Shown here: piece by piece, positions 9,902 through 22,168 of the stretch
How the letters are laid out: the number at the start of each line of letters is the position of its first letter
Position numbering within the stretch: position 1 is the first letter of the stretch
Origin: Vulcanimicrobiota bacterium
Lineage (GTDB): Bacteria; Vulcanimicrobiota; Vulcanimicrobiia; Vulcanimicrobiales; Vulcanimicrobiaceae
Assembly: GCA_963714015.1 (NCBI GenBank)
Contig: OY970223.1
Coordinates: forward strand, 3,232,001-3,296,000
Direction: 5' to 3'
Length of the DNA: 64,000 nt
Position numbers and translations under genes: made by a program
The notes under the pieces: generated by a model
Seen by the model: the letters and a program-made list of their open reading frames with translations, nothing else
The model's database searches: none
What the model was told of the DNA's origin: nothing

Positions 9902-12686
9902 GTGAGTTGCCGCAAGGCATACCATATCGAGGTGGCACAAGCAGTCGAACGAAACGACGTTCTCAACCGGGTTCGACGCTCGCAGCCGAAACTGACGCTG
10001 CTCGTCGCGCCGGCCGGTTTCGGTAAAACGACGATGGCGCGCGCGATTGCCGCGACCTGGCCGCGCAGCGCATACTGCGACGCTTTCGGAATACACTCGC
10101 CGAGCGCACTGGCACGGCGGCTTATCGCTGCGCTTTGCGATTTGGATCCGTCGCGTGCGATAGAGCTTGGGCAAAGCACAATCGGTGCTGCGGACGATGA
10201 AGCGGTCTTGCTCGAGGCCGCTCGCAGTTCGTGGCGCTCGACGACAGCCGATCGTTCCGTCGTGGTGCTCGATCACGTGGAGGAGGCGCTGCGCGACGAC
10301 AACGTTCGCGCGTTTATCGATTCGCTCTTCGATCGGCCGCATCCGAGCCAAGATTTGATCGTCTGCAGCAGAGAGCGCCCGTCGATGCGCGCAACGCGTT
10401 TTGCTGCTCCGCACGAATCTCTGCTCATCGACGCAGACGATTTGCGATTCACCTACGATGAAATATGCAAGGCGCTTCCGCCCGGCACGTCGAGCGCAGA
10501 TTGCGCGCTCGTGGAACGCGTGACGCAAGGATGGCCTGTAGGCGTGCTGTTCATGGCGCGCGCTGCATCGGAAGAGCGCCTTGAAGATGTTGCACACCGG
10601 ATAGACCGCTATGCCCCGGCGCTGATCGAAGATTACGTCGTACAGGAGGTGCTGACTACAGCTGACGGTTTGCTCCTCGAGACATTTCTTGCTTGCGCGG
10701 CCGTTCCGGACTGCACTTCACAAGACGTGGCTTATGCGGTTGGCTCAGATCTCCCGGAAGCGGCCTCGCGCCTTGCCGCATCTCCGTTCATCGTACGGAA
10801 CGAGGGCAAAGGCGTCTTCGAGCTCCACCCGTTGTTGCGGGCGACGATTCTGCAACGATATCCGGTGGAAGTTCGCGCGCTGATTGCAAGGACCGCTGCA
10901 TCTCACCGGGAGGGCGGCAACGCGGTCAGAGCGGCGAAATTGTATCAAACCGTCGAGGACCTTGCGAAGGCCGCGGACTGCTTAGACACTCTCGACAGAC
11001 TACTTTCTCGGCTCGCCTTCGGTTGAATTGGCGCAAATCGTGGCTGCACTGAGCACCGCTTTGATGGTGTCGCATCCGTCGTTATGGAGCGCGGCGACGC
11101 TGGCGCGCGTCTACAGTATCTCCCTCCAGCAATGGCTCAACGAAGCGCGCACGGTTTGGACTCGTCTGGAAGACGACGCCGATTTCATGCTGCGAGCCGG
11201 CGTCGTCGGAGCGTATGCTAATGCAACCGGCGTGCTGGGATTCTTCGAGGAAGGCTTTTCAGCGCTGAATCGTTTTGAATCGTCTCTTGCGCCCTCCGAG
11301 CGCGGACTGGGCGAGATGATTGTGGAATTGTGGCGTACGGCATTCGCCGTTTGGCAAGGCAAACCGGCCGACGTTGACGCCGCCAGCCTGCACATCGCGC
11401 CGCTGCTGCAGTCTCCGGCAACGGATGCGCTGTGGACGTATAACGTCGCTGCACGTCACCACCGAACGCAAGGCGCGCGACATGCGGAGGCAGCGGCCCT
11501 CTCTCACGCTCGACAGGCAGCGTACGCCTCGAGCCTCCCCTTCGTCAAAGTCCTGGTATTGACGGACCTGGTGATCCATCAGTGGCTTTGGGGCGAAGAC
11601 TCGGAGCTGCCCGCAACGCTGGACGAACTGGAGCGAACGACGACGCCGCCGATCTACGAGGGCGTGCGGCATTTTCTCGCATGCTGTCGCGGTGCGGGCC
11701 GCTACGAAGCAATCGGGTTCGAAAAACCTAAGATACGCGTATTCTCATATCTCATTGCTGCGGGCTGCGCAGACGATATCGAAAATGCGCGCTGGCTGAC
11801 CGCCGCCGCAGTTGCAACCGCCGATGAAGCGCACAGCATGTTTCATCAAGCGATCGCGCGCGTCGCGGCGGCACTGGTCGTCGAAGCGCCCCAGGCGCTA
11901 CGGCTATGGGACGAAGCCGAAGCGCTCGCGGCGCAAACGGCGTCGGACGCTCTTTTAGAATCCGTGAAGAAACTTCGAGCGGGCGATCAGACGGACAGCA
12001 TGCTCAGCGCCCTTTGGCGGCGCTTCGTGGACCGGCAAATGCTCTCGCCGATATCCGTGCGAGTATTTTCGCTGCAGCTCGACAAGGAAGGTACGCCGCT
12101 CGCCGTTCAGCGCCGCGAGCTCGAACTCGCGCTCGCGCTCGCGCTACATACAGGACCGCTTACGCGCGAACGCTTGATGGAAGCGATCTGGCCCGATCAG
12201 CCGGCGGAGCATGCGCAAAACTCGCTGAAAGTGTACGTCAACCGCCTTCGACACCGTCTGGGCCACAATTCGATCGTACTCACGTCGATGGGATATGCCC
12301 TAGCACCGACCGTTATGGTCGACATCGACGAAGCGGAACGCATTCTGCGAGCCGCGCACATTCACAAGACGTCGCTCAATCGATATCAGCGCGCAACCCT
12401 GCTGCGCGCATCGCAGGCCGACGTCGAAGCTATCGAGTCGGCGATGTCCGAATGGCAGTGGTCCGCGCCGCACGTGGCGCGCATCGAGTCCGTGGCGCGC
12501 GACGCTTGTTTGACACTGTCGCGATTAGCGCTGGAATCTCAAGAGTGGCGAGAGGCGCTCAATCACGCAAATCGTCTCCTGTCGCTCGACGGCGGAGATT
12601 TGGCCGCGCGCGACGTCGCCGTGAAAGCGCGCAAGGGCATGGGCGACATGCTCGGAGCTGCTCGCGCGATGAAACAGGGCAGCTAG
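9902..12686 (+). CDS. MalT-like ATPase transcriptional regulator with C-terminal winged-helix/BTAD-like region (one apparent frameshift at ~10999)
   Basis: VAPAGFGKTT Walker A, LRFT..E, TQGWP, HPLLR, then IWPD..LKVYVNRLR; removing one base from AGACT at 10997-11001 joins the two ORFs. Confidence 0.8.
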
Positions 12687-13235
12687 TCTTGGTCGGGCGC
12701 GACCGCGCGCATCCCGGCGGCGAAACGCGGCGGTAATGAGCAAGGGAGCGTAGGCACTGGGGCGCCGGAGCAGCATGAACACCATTACTTTGTATCACAA
12801 AGTAATGCGTCCTGACAAAAGCGTTCGACTTTGGTGCGCGGAATTGCGCCGCTGCTGGAAGTTTTTCGGCATCGACCAGCCGCTCGAATTCTTCCGTGAT
12901 TGACTTGGCTTTAAACTGCTGAACTTCCGAGGGACGCGGTCGTATGTGGGCGCCGTATGGCGTACTGTAGGTCAATACCGCAGATCCGGGCGGCTCTGGT
13001 TTACGAACCCCGCCGACGGTTAATCGCTAACGCGCGATTTTAAATCGCGCCTGTCTGCCGCGCGACCAAGGTAATGAACGCCAGTATGCGCGCAGTACTA
13101 ACCGGTGCGCAATAGCACCTTCGTGCGGAAAAAACACTTAGTCACCAACGCTGCCCGCAATTATTTCGCCGTTGTCATCCGTTGCGTTCCGTCGCGCGTT
13201 CCATCACTGCCTTTGGGCAAGGAGGTAAGCTACCA

Positions 13236-14411
13236 ATGCGATCCAGACATATTCTCACGCCGGCAACGATTGCCCTCATTTCTTTGACTGCGTGCGCGGG
13301 CGGCATAAATTCAGCGGCGCCCACCGTACCCTCAACCGCAAACTCGAGTGCCGGATCGTCGTTTGCATCGACTGCTTTTTCAACCGGAGACGTGTTCACG
13401 ATGTCGAACGCGGCGAGCGGAAATGCCATTCTGCGTTTTCACCGCGGCTCGGACGGACATTTGTCGCCGGCCGGTTCTGTCTCGACGGGCGGATCGGGTT
13501 CCGGCAGCGGACTCAACGGCGCCTCGGATACCGTAAAGTACGGGCTGTTCGGCATGATGCTGTTCGCATCGGACGCCGGCAGTAACGATATCGTATCCGT
13601 CGAGGTCGGTGCTACCGGAATGAAGGTGCTCGATAAAGTCTCTTCGTTCGGCACTACACCCGCGAGTTTGGCGATCCGCAACAACTTGATTTACGTGCTC
13701 AATATCGGATCGAATACGATAACGGGCTTTACGGTTGACTCGAGCGGTAAGATGACGCACCTCGCCGGTTCGACCGTTTCACTGAGCGGCTCTCCGTCGG
13801 ACGATCCCGTCGACTTACACTTCGGGCCTGACGGGTCGACGCTGATAGCGACGCAAAAACTCTCAAATGTGATCGACGTGTTCACGGTCGATTCGCACGG
13901 CATCCCTCACGGTCCGGCCGCGCACACCTCGGAAGGCCTGGAGCCGTTTGGATTCGCGGTGACGGGGAACGGCCACGTCCTGATTTCGGAGGCATTCGGG
14001 GGCGCACCACACATGGCGGCGGTGTCTTCGTACGCGATCGCTTCGAACGGCGGGCTGACCGAAATCAGTGAGTCGGTGCGCAATCACCAGACCGCATCGT
14101 GCTGGCTCGAGCTCTCGCGCGACCAACAGTTTGCGTACACGGCGAATACCGGAAGCGGCAATGTGTCGGGCTATCGAGTCGCCGATAACGGTACCGTGTC
14201 GCTGCTGAACAAGAGCGGAATCGCGGGAACCGACGGAACCGGATCGGCGCCGATCGACCTGGGAATCAGCGGAGACGACCGTTTTGCTTACGTTCTCGCG
14301 AGCGGGACGCACGTCATCGATGAGTTCCGGCGGAATTCCGACGGAACGCTGGCGAGAATCGGAAAAGTATCCGGCCTCCCGGCATTCGCGATTGGCCTAT
14401 CGCTGCGGTAA
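13236..14411 (+). CDS. Lactonase-family 7-bladed beta-propeller lipoprotein
   Basis: AAGGAGG RBS; lipobox LTAC; repeated propeller blades; ASCW...FAYTANTGSG motif. Confidence 0.8.
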   Translation: MRSRHILTPATIALISLTACAGGINSAAPTVPSTANSSAGSSFASTAFSTGDVFTMSNAASGNAILRFHRGSDGHLSPAGSVSTGGSGSGSGLNGASDTVKYGLFGMMLFASDAGSNDIVSVEVGATGMKVLDKVSSFGTTPASLAIRNNLIYVLNIGSNTITGFTVDSSGKMTHLAGSTVSLSGSPSDDPVDLHFGPDGSTLIATQKLSNVIDVFTVDSHGIPHGPAAHTSEGLEPFGFAVTGNGHVLISEAFGGAPHMAAVSSYAIASNGGLTEISESVRNHQTASCWLELSRDQQFAYTANTGSGNVSGYRVADNGTVSLLNKSGIAGTDGTGSAPIDLGISGDDRFAYVLASGTHVIDEFRRNSDGTLARIGKVSGLPAFAIGLSLR

Positions 14412-14519
14412 CCGGCTCACACGCGCACGATGGAATCGGGTTGTACCTGTGAACTTCAAAGGACTTTGCGCTTTACGCGACATCAGCGACGCCGGATCGG
14501 GCTCTGGTGAGCGAACTCG

Positions 14520-15533
14520 TTAGGGATATCCGCGGCGCACTCGCTCCAAAATCGCGCGTTGAGCCGGTGGAATCGCGCTAGCGTCGGCAGTCTCGCTGGG
14601 ACGAATCGCGTCGCGGTGCGTGTCGATGATGAGGCCGATCGACTCCGCAAGAGCGCGCGTGTCGTAACCGCCCTCTAAAACGTACGCGATTCGTCCTTCG
14701 CAATACGTCGCCGCAGCGTCGCGCAAAACGTTGGCCAAGTGCGCTGCGGCGAAGACGTCCACGCCCAAGTCGCCGACCGGATCGCCCGTGACGTAGTCGA
14801 AGCCCGCGCTTACGACGATCATCGCCGGCCGGAGGCGTTGCATTACGAGCGGAAGTGCGCGCGTCCAAAGCGCGACGAACGCTTCCGTCCCAAAGTGGTG
14901 CGGCGGAAGCGGAATATTTACGACCGCCGCATTTTGCGGCAGGGCGTAGTTTTCGCTTATGCCGCCGCTTCCCGGATAAGCGGGAAAAGCGTGCGTAGAC
15001 ATGTACGAAAGTCCCTCGCCGCTAACGGCCTGCGTGCCGTTTCCGTGATGGTAATCGAAGTCGGCGATCAACACCGACGCGCCGGTTCGATCTTGCACTG
15101 CGCGCGCCGCAATGGCGGCATTGTTGAACAAGCAAAAACCCATGCCGCGTGCAGGTTCGGCGTGATGCCCGGGCGGACGCACGATTGCAAAACTCGCCGT
15201 CTTGCGCTCGTACGACGCTTGCGCGGCGACGATTGCACCACCGGCGGCGCGAACCGCAACGGCCGGGGAGCCTTCGTCCAGCACGACGTCGCCCGTTGAA
15301 AGGTATCCCGCGCGGCCCCGAAGGGCTGCAGCTTCGGTCCGAACCAGATTCAGATAGCCTTCGCTGTGGACTCGCTCGATCTCGGCGGCCGTAGCGTCGC
15401 GAGCAGCAAGGGCGTCTTGAAGATCGCCCCGTTTGCGTAAGAATGCGGCGACCGCCTCGACGCGGTCCGGAGATTCCGGATGAGCTATCCCGCGCAGGTG
15501 GTCGCCGTAGATCTCGTCATAGACGAGCAGCAT
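14520..15533 (-). CDS. Histone deacetylase family (Zn-dependent) protein
   Basis: HPESPDR, RPPGHHA, GFCLFNN, DFDYHHGNGT, SAGFD and LEGGY motifs. Confidence 0.95.
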   Translation of the reverse strand: MLLVYDEIYGDHLRGIAHPESPDRVEAVAAFLRKRGDLQDALAARDATAAEIERVHSEGYLNLVRTEAAALRGRAGYLSTGDVVLDEGSPAVAVRAAGGAIVAAQASYERKTASFAIVRPPGHHAEPARGMGFCLFNNAAIAARAVQDRTGASVLIADFDYHHGNGTQAVSGEGLSYMSTHAFPAYPGSGGISENYALPQNAAVVNIPLPPHHFGTEAFVALWTRALPLVMQRLRPAMIVVSAGFDYVTGDPVGDLGVDVFAAAHLANVLRDAAATYCEGRIAYVLEGGYDTRALAESIGLIIDTHRDAIRPSETADASAIPPAQRAILERVRRGYP

Positions 15534-15536
15534 GGA

Positions 15537-17064
15537 TTACGAGCGTTTCGTCTTCTTCGTATTCGCCGGCTTGGCGTTCAGATCGGCAATCTCCGTCTGA
15601 ACCTGTTTGTACTGCGTCGTGCCGGGCTTGAGCATCTTCAGCAGGCGCTTATAGGCGTCGAGCGCCTTGCTCTTCTGGTTGTTGTGAGCGAACGAGTAGC
15701 CCATCATATACAGCATCTGCGGATTGTGATCCATGTATGGCCGCGCCTGCGTGTCGATGATACCGAAGATCTGCGAGGCTTCCTTGTAATTCTTCAGGCT
15801 GAAGTCCGATCCGGCGATGCAAGCCAGCGAATCGGGCGAGTGAGCGATCTGAAACGATTTGGCGCACGCGTCGCGCGCCTGACCGTAGTCGTGCAACTGA
15901 ATATAGCCTTGTCCGAGCAGACCGAACGTCTGCGCACTGGGTGCGACGCCGCTGAGTTGTCTGAGGTAGCTCACGGCGTCGCTGATGCGGCCCTGACCTT
16001 CCTTCAGCTGGGCCATGTCGAAGAGCGCGTTCACGTCGTTCTTGTCTACTTGAAGCGCAGCCTGAAATTGCTGTTCGGCGCGGCGCTGGTCGTGCTGACC
16101 CATGAAGTACTCGCCGTAGGCAACGTGCAGTGAAGAGACGGCCGGATATTTGGAGATTGCGTCGTCGAACGTGGCCTGCGCCTGCGGCTGCTGATGGGCT
16201 TGTGAGTACATCAGCGCCTTCTGCACCAAGACCTGTGCCTTGTCGGCGTCGCTGGATGCCGCGGCCGCTGCGTCGTCGTAAGCCGAAGCTGATTGAGCAA
16301 TGTTGTTCTGTTTGGCAAAAAGACCGGCTCGGAAGAGCAGCACCTGCACGTTCTTGGGATCGACTGCCAGCGCACGATCGACGACCGTCAACGCGTTGGG
16401 AATCGTGTTTTGCGCAACCCACGTTTGCGCTTCTTGGATCAGCGGCGCGACGTCTTTGGGATTCAGCGCGTACGCCTGCTCGAACTGTTTGCGCGCATCG
16501 TCCCACTTCTCTTCGGCGGCCAGCACCGTTCCCAAGGTGACGTACGCCTGCGGATCGCTCTTGTTGAAGGTTACGGCGCGATTTGCAATGCGCTCGGCAT
16601 CAGAGAAGCGATTCGCCCGAGCGTAGAGACTGGCCAGCGACGAAAGAACCGAGAGATTCGTCGGCTCGAGATTGCTGGCTTGCTCGAGATCGCCGATTGC
16701 GGCTTGCACGTTGTTGAGCGACTCTTCAGATGAGGCGTCCAGATAATAAACCTGGGCGGTCTTGGTGCCTAACTGGAGCAGACGCTGAGTGAGGTTGACG
16801 GCCGCTTCGGGATGGCCGATGACCAAGAACTCTTGAGCTCAGGCCGAGCATGGCATCCCGGTCGCCGGGATTGGCTTTGAGGCGTGCTTCGAGGCGCGGA
16901 ATCGCCACGTCCGGCGGCTCCGGCGAGGCGGTCGGCATCGGAAGCGGCGTAGGCGAGGCCGTGGGCGCCGGCGTCGGTTTAGCAGTGGCCGCGAGGGGGT
17001 TCGCAGCGTAGGCTAGGCCGCAGATGCCGAATAGAATTGAAGCAATTAGTACAAAACGTCTCAA
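15537..17064 (-). CDS. Exported tetratricopeptide-repeat protein (apparent frameshift at ~16837)
   Basis: Signal peptide ORF 16726-17064 joins TPR ORF 15537-16826 by removing 1 nt at AGCT 16836-16839. Confidence 0.8.
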
Positions 17065-17110
17065 AGCTCTTGTCCTTTGAATAGTATCAACGCGCGAGAG
17101 GCCCGGATTA

Positions 17111-18097
17111 TTACGCGTGCGTCCTCGCGCCTTGGATCATGTTGGTCAACTCGGGAACGATCTGGAAAAGGTCACCGACGACCATCAGATCCGCAAATTC
17201 CGCTATCGGCACCGTGCCGTCGCGATTGATCGCCACGATCGTGCCCGCCGTTTGCATGCCGACTTTGTGCTGAATCGCGCCGGAAATGCCGACCGCGATG
17301 TACAGCTGAGGACTGACGATTTTGCCCGTCTGACCGATTTGAAGGCTGTACGGCACCCACCCGGCGTCCGCGGCAGCTCGTGAAGCGCCGACGGCGCCGC
17401 CAAGCGCGTCGGCAAGCGGTTTGAGCAGCGTCGTAAAGGGCTCCGGTCCGCCCAGTCCTCTGCCGCCGCTGATGACGACCGTGGCCTCTTCCAGGCCCAG
17501 CTCGCCGGTGGCTTCTTCGACCTCGTCCTCGATAACGAGGGCGTACGTTTTGCCCGCCGGTTTCTCCAGCATGCGAACCTCGGCGCCGGCTCCGCCCGGC
17601 TCGGTCGAAAACGCGTTCGGCCGAACTGTCACTACACCGTACTCCGTATTTTTGAAACCGCACGCAGTGATTGTCGAACCTTGAAGCTTCGGCGCTACGC
17701 TGACCGCTTTACCGCCCTCGAATTTGAAATCCGTCACATCCGAGGAAAGACCCGCTTCCAGACGCGCCGTAATCCGGCCGGCGACGTCGCGGCCTTGCAT
17801 CGTGTTGGGAACCAGAATCAGCGACGGCCCGACGGATCGCGCGACAGCTTCCAAATAATCGACCATAGGATCCAGCAAGAACTTGTCGACGTCGGCATCT
17901 TCGCTGACGTGGATGACCTCCAGCGGATAGTTCTTCAGCTGTTCGGCGAGAGCGGCGGCTCCGGCACCGACGACGACCCCATGGGCTTTTCCACCAAGGG
18001 CATCGGCAATTTTGCGCGCTTCGGTTGCGAGCTCGTACGTAACCTTGCGCGTTTGACCGCCTTTTTGCTCTACGAAAACGATGACGTTTTGCATCAA
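17111..18097 (-). CDS. etfA: Electron transfer flavoprotein alpha subunit
   Basis: SGGRG, GASRAA, QIGQTGK and GISGAIQH motifs. Confidence 0.95.
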   Translation of the reverse strand: MMQNVIVFVEQKGGQTRKVTYELATEARKIADALGGKAHGVVVGAGAAALAEQLKNYPLEVIHVSEDADVDKFLLDPMVDYLEAVARSVGPSLILVPNTMQGRDVAGRITARLEAGLSSDVTDFKFEGGKAVSVAPKLQGSTITACGFKNTEYGVVTVRPNAFSTEPGGAGAEVRMLEKPAGKTYALVIEDEVEEATGELGLEEATVVISGGRGLGGPEPFTTLLKPLADALGGAVGASRAAADAGWVPYSLQIGQTGKIVSPQLYIAVGISGAIQHKVGMQTAGTIVAINRDGTVPIAEFADLMVVGDLFQIVPELTNMIQGARTHA

Positions 18098-18885
18098 ATG
18101 AGTTTTTTCTCTCGCAGGAAGTCGAAGACGGCTTTAGCGCCGGCTGCAGGGTCGGATGCATCGATGACGCGAGCTTTTTCACGCGGTTTGGGTGCGGAGA
18201 TCTCGAGGACTTCCGTCTTTGCGCCGTCGCTGCCGACGGCACGATCCAACGCCAAATCGCCAATCGTCATCGGCGCGATCGTCTTTTTCTTGGCACCCAT
18301 GATGCCTTTGAGCGACGCATAACGGGGTTCGCCCACCGCCATCGTTACGGTAATCAGCGCGGGCAGCGGGCCCGTAATGACTTGATAGCCTGAGTCGGTT
18401 TCGCGCTGCGCGCGAATCTTGCCGTCGGCCGCCGCTTCGATTTTGCGTACGTTCGTCAGAGCCGGTACGCCCAAGTACTCGGCGAGCGCCCCCGGCACGC
18501 CGCCGGTATTACCGTCGTCCGCGAGACCCCCTGCGATGATGAGATCGAATCCCGTTTTCTTTAGAGCCTGCGCCATTGCGTACGAGGTAGCCCAGACGTC
18601 ACTGCCCTCGAGGCCTGCATCGCTGAGCATGACCGCATCATCCGCTCCCATAGCCAGGGCTCTGCGCACGCTTTCCTTGCCCGTCTCCGGCGCCATGGTG
18701 AAAACGGTAACTGTCGTGCCCTCACCGGCCTTCTCCTTAAGCTGCAGTGCCGCTTCGATAGCGTATTCGTCGAAAGGATTGAGCACGGTTTCCAAACCGC
18801 TTCGGACGAGGCGCTTGGTCACCGGATCGATGCGCTTGACGGCATTCGTATCCGGCACCAATTTCACGGTCACCACGATCTTCAC
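18094..18885 (-). CDS. etfB: Electron transfer flavoprotein beta subunit
   Basis: KLVPD, NPFDEYAIEAAL, ALAMGAD and PRYASLKGIM motifs. Confidence 0.95.
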   Translation of the reverse strand: MKIVVTVKLVPDTNAVKRIDPVTKRLVRSGLETVLNPFDEYAIEAALQLKEKAGEGTTVTVFTMAPETGKESVRRALAMGADDAVMLSDAGLEGSDVWATSYAMAQALKKTGFDLIIAGGLADDGNTGGVPGALAEYLGVPALTNVRKIEAAADGKIRAQRETDSGYQVITGPLPALITVTMAVGEPRYASLKGIMGAKKKTIAPMTIGDLALDRAVGSDGAKTEVLEISAPKPREKARVIDASDPAAGAKAVFDFLREKKLI

Positions 18886-19040
18886 GTGGGGTCAGACCTC
18901 CAAGAATGGCTTCGGGGCTTAAACAAGGAGCGTCCCACGAGTGCGATGCACTGTGGGCGCTTTGCAACCCGGTGTGATTGCCCCAGCGGCAGCTTCACCC
19001 CTGCCGGAACGAGCCCCAATTGCGGGGGCGCTGAGTGTGT

Positions 19041-19262
19041 CTAGAGGTGCTCGTCCTGCTCCGCGCGGTGCGCGCTCGCTTGGTCATCCCGGTTTGGGTC
19101 CATGTCCGTGTCGCCGTAGACGGCAGTGCCACGCTCACGCGGCGGATAGGGATCGATCTCATGCATCACGCCGGGACCGGCGCGGCGCTCGATCTCGGTA
19201 TCCTTCTGCTCGTCTTCCAGTTCGTCTTGAGGTGCGCCGTCTTCGAATCGGTCGCGTTCCAT
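19041..19262 (-). CDS. Small acidic hydrophilic hypothetical protein
   Basis: TAAATG junction with the corrected HAD stop; Asp/Glu-rich, 73 aa. Confidence 0.65.
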   Translation of the reverse strand: MERDRFEDGAPQDELEDEQKDTEIERRAGPGVMHEIDPYPPRERGTAVYGDTDMDPNRDDQASAHRAEQDEHL

Positions 19263-19929
19263 TTATCGGACCTCCACGCCGGTCTCATGCAAATGCTGCA
19301 ACAGCTGGGCCGGATCGGAGAAAACTCGGTACGCGCCCGCTGCCGTCAGACTCGCTTTCCGCATACCCTCCGGTGAGCAAACCAACACCTAGAAAATGCG
19401 CGCGGCGCGCTGCGAGCATGTCCCAAACACTGTCGCCGACCACTATGGCCTCCTCCGGTCGCGCCTGCAATTTCTCGGCCGCGGCCAAAAAAAGCGACGG
19501 ATCGGGTTTCGGCTTTCCGGTCACTTCGCGCGTGATCACCGGAACGCCGGCGCGTAAATGCAGCGCTTCCACCAGTGCGTCCGTGTCCTGACGACTGCCC
19601 GTCGACGCGATGCCATACTTTACACCGCCGTCTTCCAACGCCGCCAGTAATTCCGGCACTCGAGCAAAGACTTGAATGCTCGAGCGGATCTTTGCGAACT
19701 CTTCGCCGTGAATTTTCTCCAACCGCTTGCACGTCGACTCGTCGAGATCTTGCTGTACTTCGATCGAAAGGGCGCGCATAAGGAGTCCACCGCTCATGCC
19801 GATCTTCCGGTGAATCCGCCACATCGGCAAATCGAGAGCCATCCGGTGCAGCGCGGTGTGCCATGCAGAGACATGCTGATACACGCTGTCGACCAGCGTT
19901 CCATCGAGATCGAAGATGAAAGCCGGCAC
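19263..19929 (-). CDS. HAD-family hydrolase (apparent frameshift at ~19350)
   Basis: FDLDGTLVDS, KPKPDP and VGDSVWD motifs; removing 1 nt at AGACT 19348-19352 gives ELTAAGAYRVF... ending at a TAA that abuts the next ATG. Confidence 0.88.
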
Positions 19930-19930
19930 G

Positions 19931-20128
19931 CTATTGCGGGCCGCTCTTCTCATTCATGCCGAATTTGTCGTCCTTCATCGCACGGTCCGCTTCTTGAGAA
20001 TCGACATCGGAATCCAGGTGAAGATCGTTCTCCGCCTCGTCCCTCACGGCGCCTCGCGCTTTGGATTCGTTTTCAGTAAGTTCGTCTTGGAAGATTTCGC
20101 CGCTGCGATCGCGTTGCAATTTGTCCAT
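19931..20128 (-). CDS. Small acidic hypothetical protein
   Basis: 65-aa hydrophilic ORF whose stop abuts the HAD start. Confidence 0.6.
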   Translation of the reverse strand: MDKLQRDRSGEIFQDELTENESKARGAVRDEAENDLHLDSDVDSQEADRAMKDDKFGMNEKSGPQ

Positions 20129-20198
20129 GCCTGCGTTGTACCCCGCCCGCTCGCATGACCGGAAGCAACCGGCGGACCGGATGCAGAACACGGCTCTC

Positions 20199-22104
20199 AT
20201 GAAAAACGCTTTGTTGACAGCAGTAATGGCAGCGGCGTGCGCGGTGCTCCCGGCCACTTCCTCGGCACAGGACGAGCCGAACGCGAATGCGGCCTCGCTC
20301 GCGACGCAGGCCAATCCGATGACGCTCGTATTGGACGCGCGCGAAGCCGGCCGCGGCATCATGTATTCGCACATGGTCATCCCGGCTAAGCCGGGCACTT
20401 TTACGATTGTCTACCCGAAATGGATTCCGGGTGAGCACGGCCCGACCGGACCCTTGAACGATCTGACGATGCTTCGCGTCACTGCGGGCGGACGCGACCT
20501 GAGCTGGCAGCGCGACAAGGTGGATCTCTATGCGTTTCACGTTGACGTACCGAGCGACGTCAACGCCATCGACGTCGACTTCAGCGTCATATTAAACGGC
20601 GGGAGCGGCGACACGATGGCGACGCGCAACCTTGCCGTCGTAAACTGGAACCGCGACATTCTTTACCAGAGCGACATCGACTCGCGGGAATACTACGTCA
20701 AACCGAGTATCATCTTGCCGCGCGGATGGAGCTACGGTTCGGCGCTGATGGGAGCGAAGCAAACCGGCGATCGCGTCGACTTTGCTACGACGACTCTCGA
20801 GATGTTCATCGACTCGCCGCTCGACATGGGACGCTTCTACAAGCACATCGTTTTGTGGCAAGGTCAAGGAACCGCGCAATGGCTCGACGTTTTCGCCGAC
20901 AAACCGCAGGATCTCGATTTTACGCCGGGGCTCATCGGCCACTACAAGCAGATGGCGCCGCAAGCGTTCAAACTATACGGCTCAAGGCATTGGTATTGGT
21001 ATCACGCACTGCTCACGCTGAGCGACGCCCTGGGCTTTCAAGGCATCGAACACCATCAGAGCAGCGACAATCGCGCCGACGACAGACTTCATGACCAACC
21101 CCACCGAGCAGCTCTCCGGTGGAGACCTGGTAACGCACGAGTTCTCGCATTCGTGGAACGGTAAATACCGCCGGCCATACGATCTGCAGCAGCCCAACTT
21201 CCAAATTCCCGAACGCACCGACTTGCTCTGGGTCTATGAAGGAATGAATCAATACTTGGGCGATCTGCTCTCGTTCCGCACGCAGATCCGCGAGCCGAAG
21301 AAGTATCCCGAGTACCTCGCGAGCATTTGGGCGCAAATGGACACCGAAACGGGGCGGGCGACGACGCCAATCATCGACCTGACGACGGGAGCGCCGTATT
21401 ACTACGTCGGCGCACGCGGTCAATATGGATCGATGCGCCGCAACGCGGGCGATTTCTATACCGAAGGCGAGCTGATCTGGCTGGACGTCGACACAATCAT
21501 CCGGGAGCAGACGGGCGGAAAGGAGTCACTCGACGACTTTCTCCATCTTTACAGCGCGCCTGCTTTCACGCCGCCCATGGTCAAGACGTACACGCGTGAA
21601 GACATCGAAAGCCTGCTCAACCAAGTTACTCCGTACGATTGGCACGGGTTTTTCCAACGCTGGGTCTATTCGGTCGCACCGCATCCTCCGTCAAACGACC
21701 TCGCGCGCGCCGGTTGGCGCTTCGTCTACACCGACAAGCCGAACGAGTTCGACGAAGCGAGTCAAGATCTGAATAAGTTCATCGAAGACTGGTATTCGAT
21801 CGGAATCAATCCTGGAAGCGACGGCGGCATCGGCGACGTTCGCCTCGGCTCGGCGGCTTGGAAAGCCGGGCTTTCAGCGGGAATGAAAATCGTCGCGGTC
21901 GACGGTCAGGAGTTCAGCGGCGAAACATTGCAATGGGCGATCAAGAACGCGCAGCATTCGAGTGAGCCGATTACACTGCTTGTCTCGCAGAACGGCTTCT
22001 ACAACACACTCAGTCTGAACTATCACGGCGGGCTCAAATACCCCCACCTCGTGCGCATTCCGGGCAAACCGGATATGCTGGCCAAGGTCATGGCGCCGCA
22101 CTGA
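20199..22104 (+). CDS. M61 family metallo-aminopeptidase with PDZ domain (apparent frameshift at ~21086)
   Basis: PKWIPGEH, GIEH..S, HEFSHSWNGKYRRP, LWVYEG and C-terminal PDZ; frames joined at AGACT 21084-21088. Confidence 0.9.
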
Positions 22105-22122
22105 CCGTAGGCTGCGCGTAAA

Positions 22123-22149
22123 CAAGGGGCGCCGAGATGGCGCCCCTTG
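22123..22149. terminator. Hairpin between convergent genes (probable bidirectional terminator)
   Basis: CAAGGGGCGCC-gagat-GGCGCCCCTTG, perfect 11-bp stem. Confidence 0.7.
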
Positions 22150-22168
22150 CTCTTTGCGTGCTCGTAGA

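Noticed and set aside
12559..12975. 138-aa minus-strand ORF
   Set aside because: It overlaps the regulator's 3' end and has no recognisable motif or RBS, so it is not supported.
14520..15533. HDAC as the dedicated partner of the histone-like proteins
   Set aside because: It is 15-23 kb away in a different operon, and such deacetylases are common in bacteria; the sequence gives no link.
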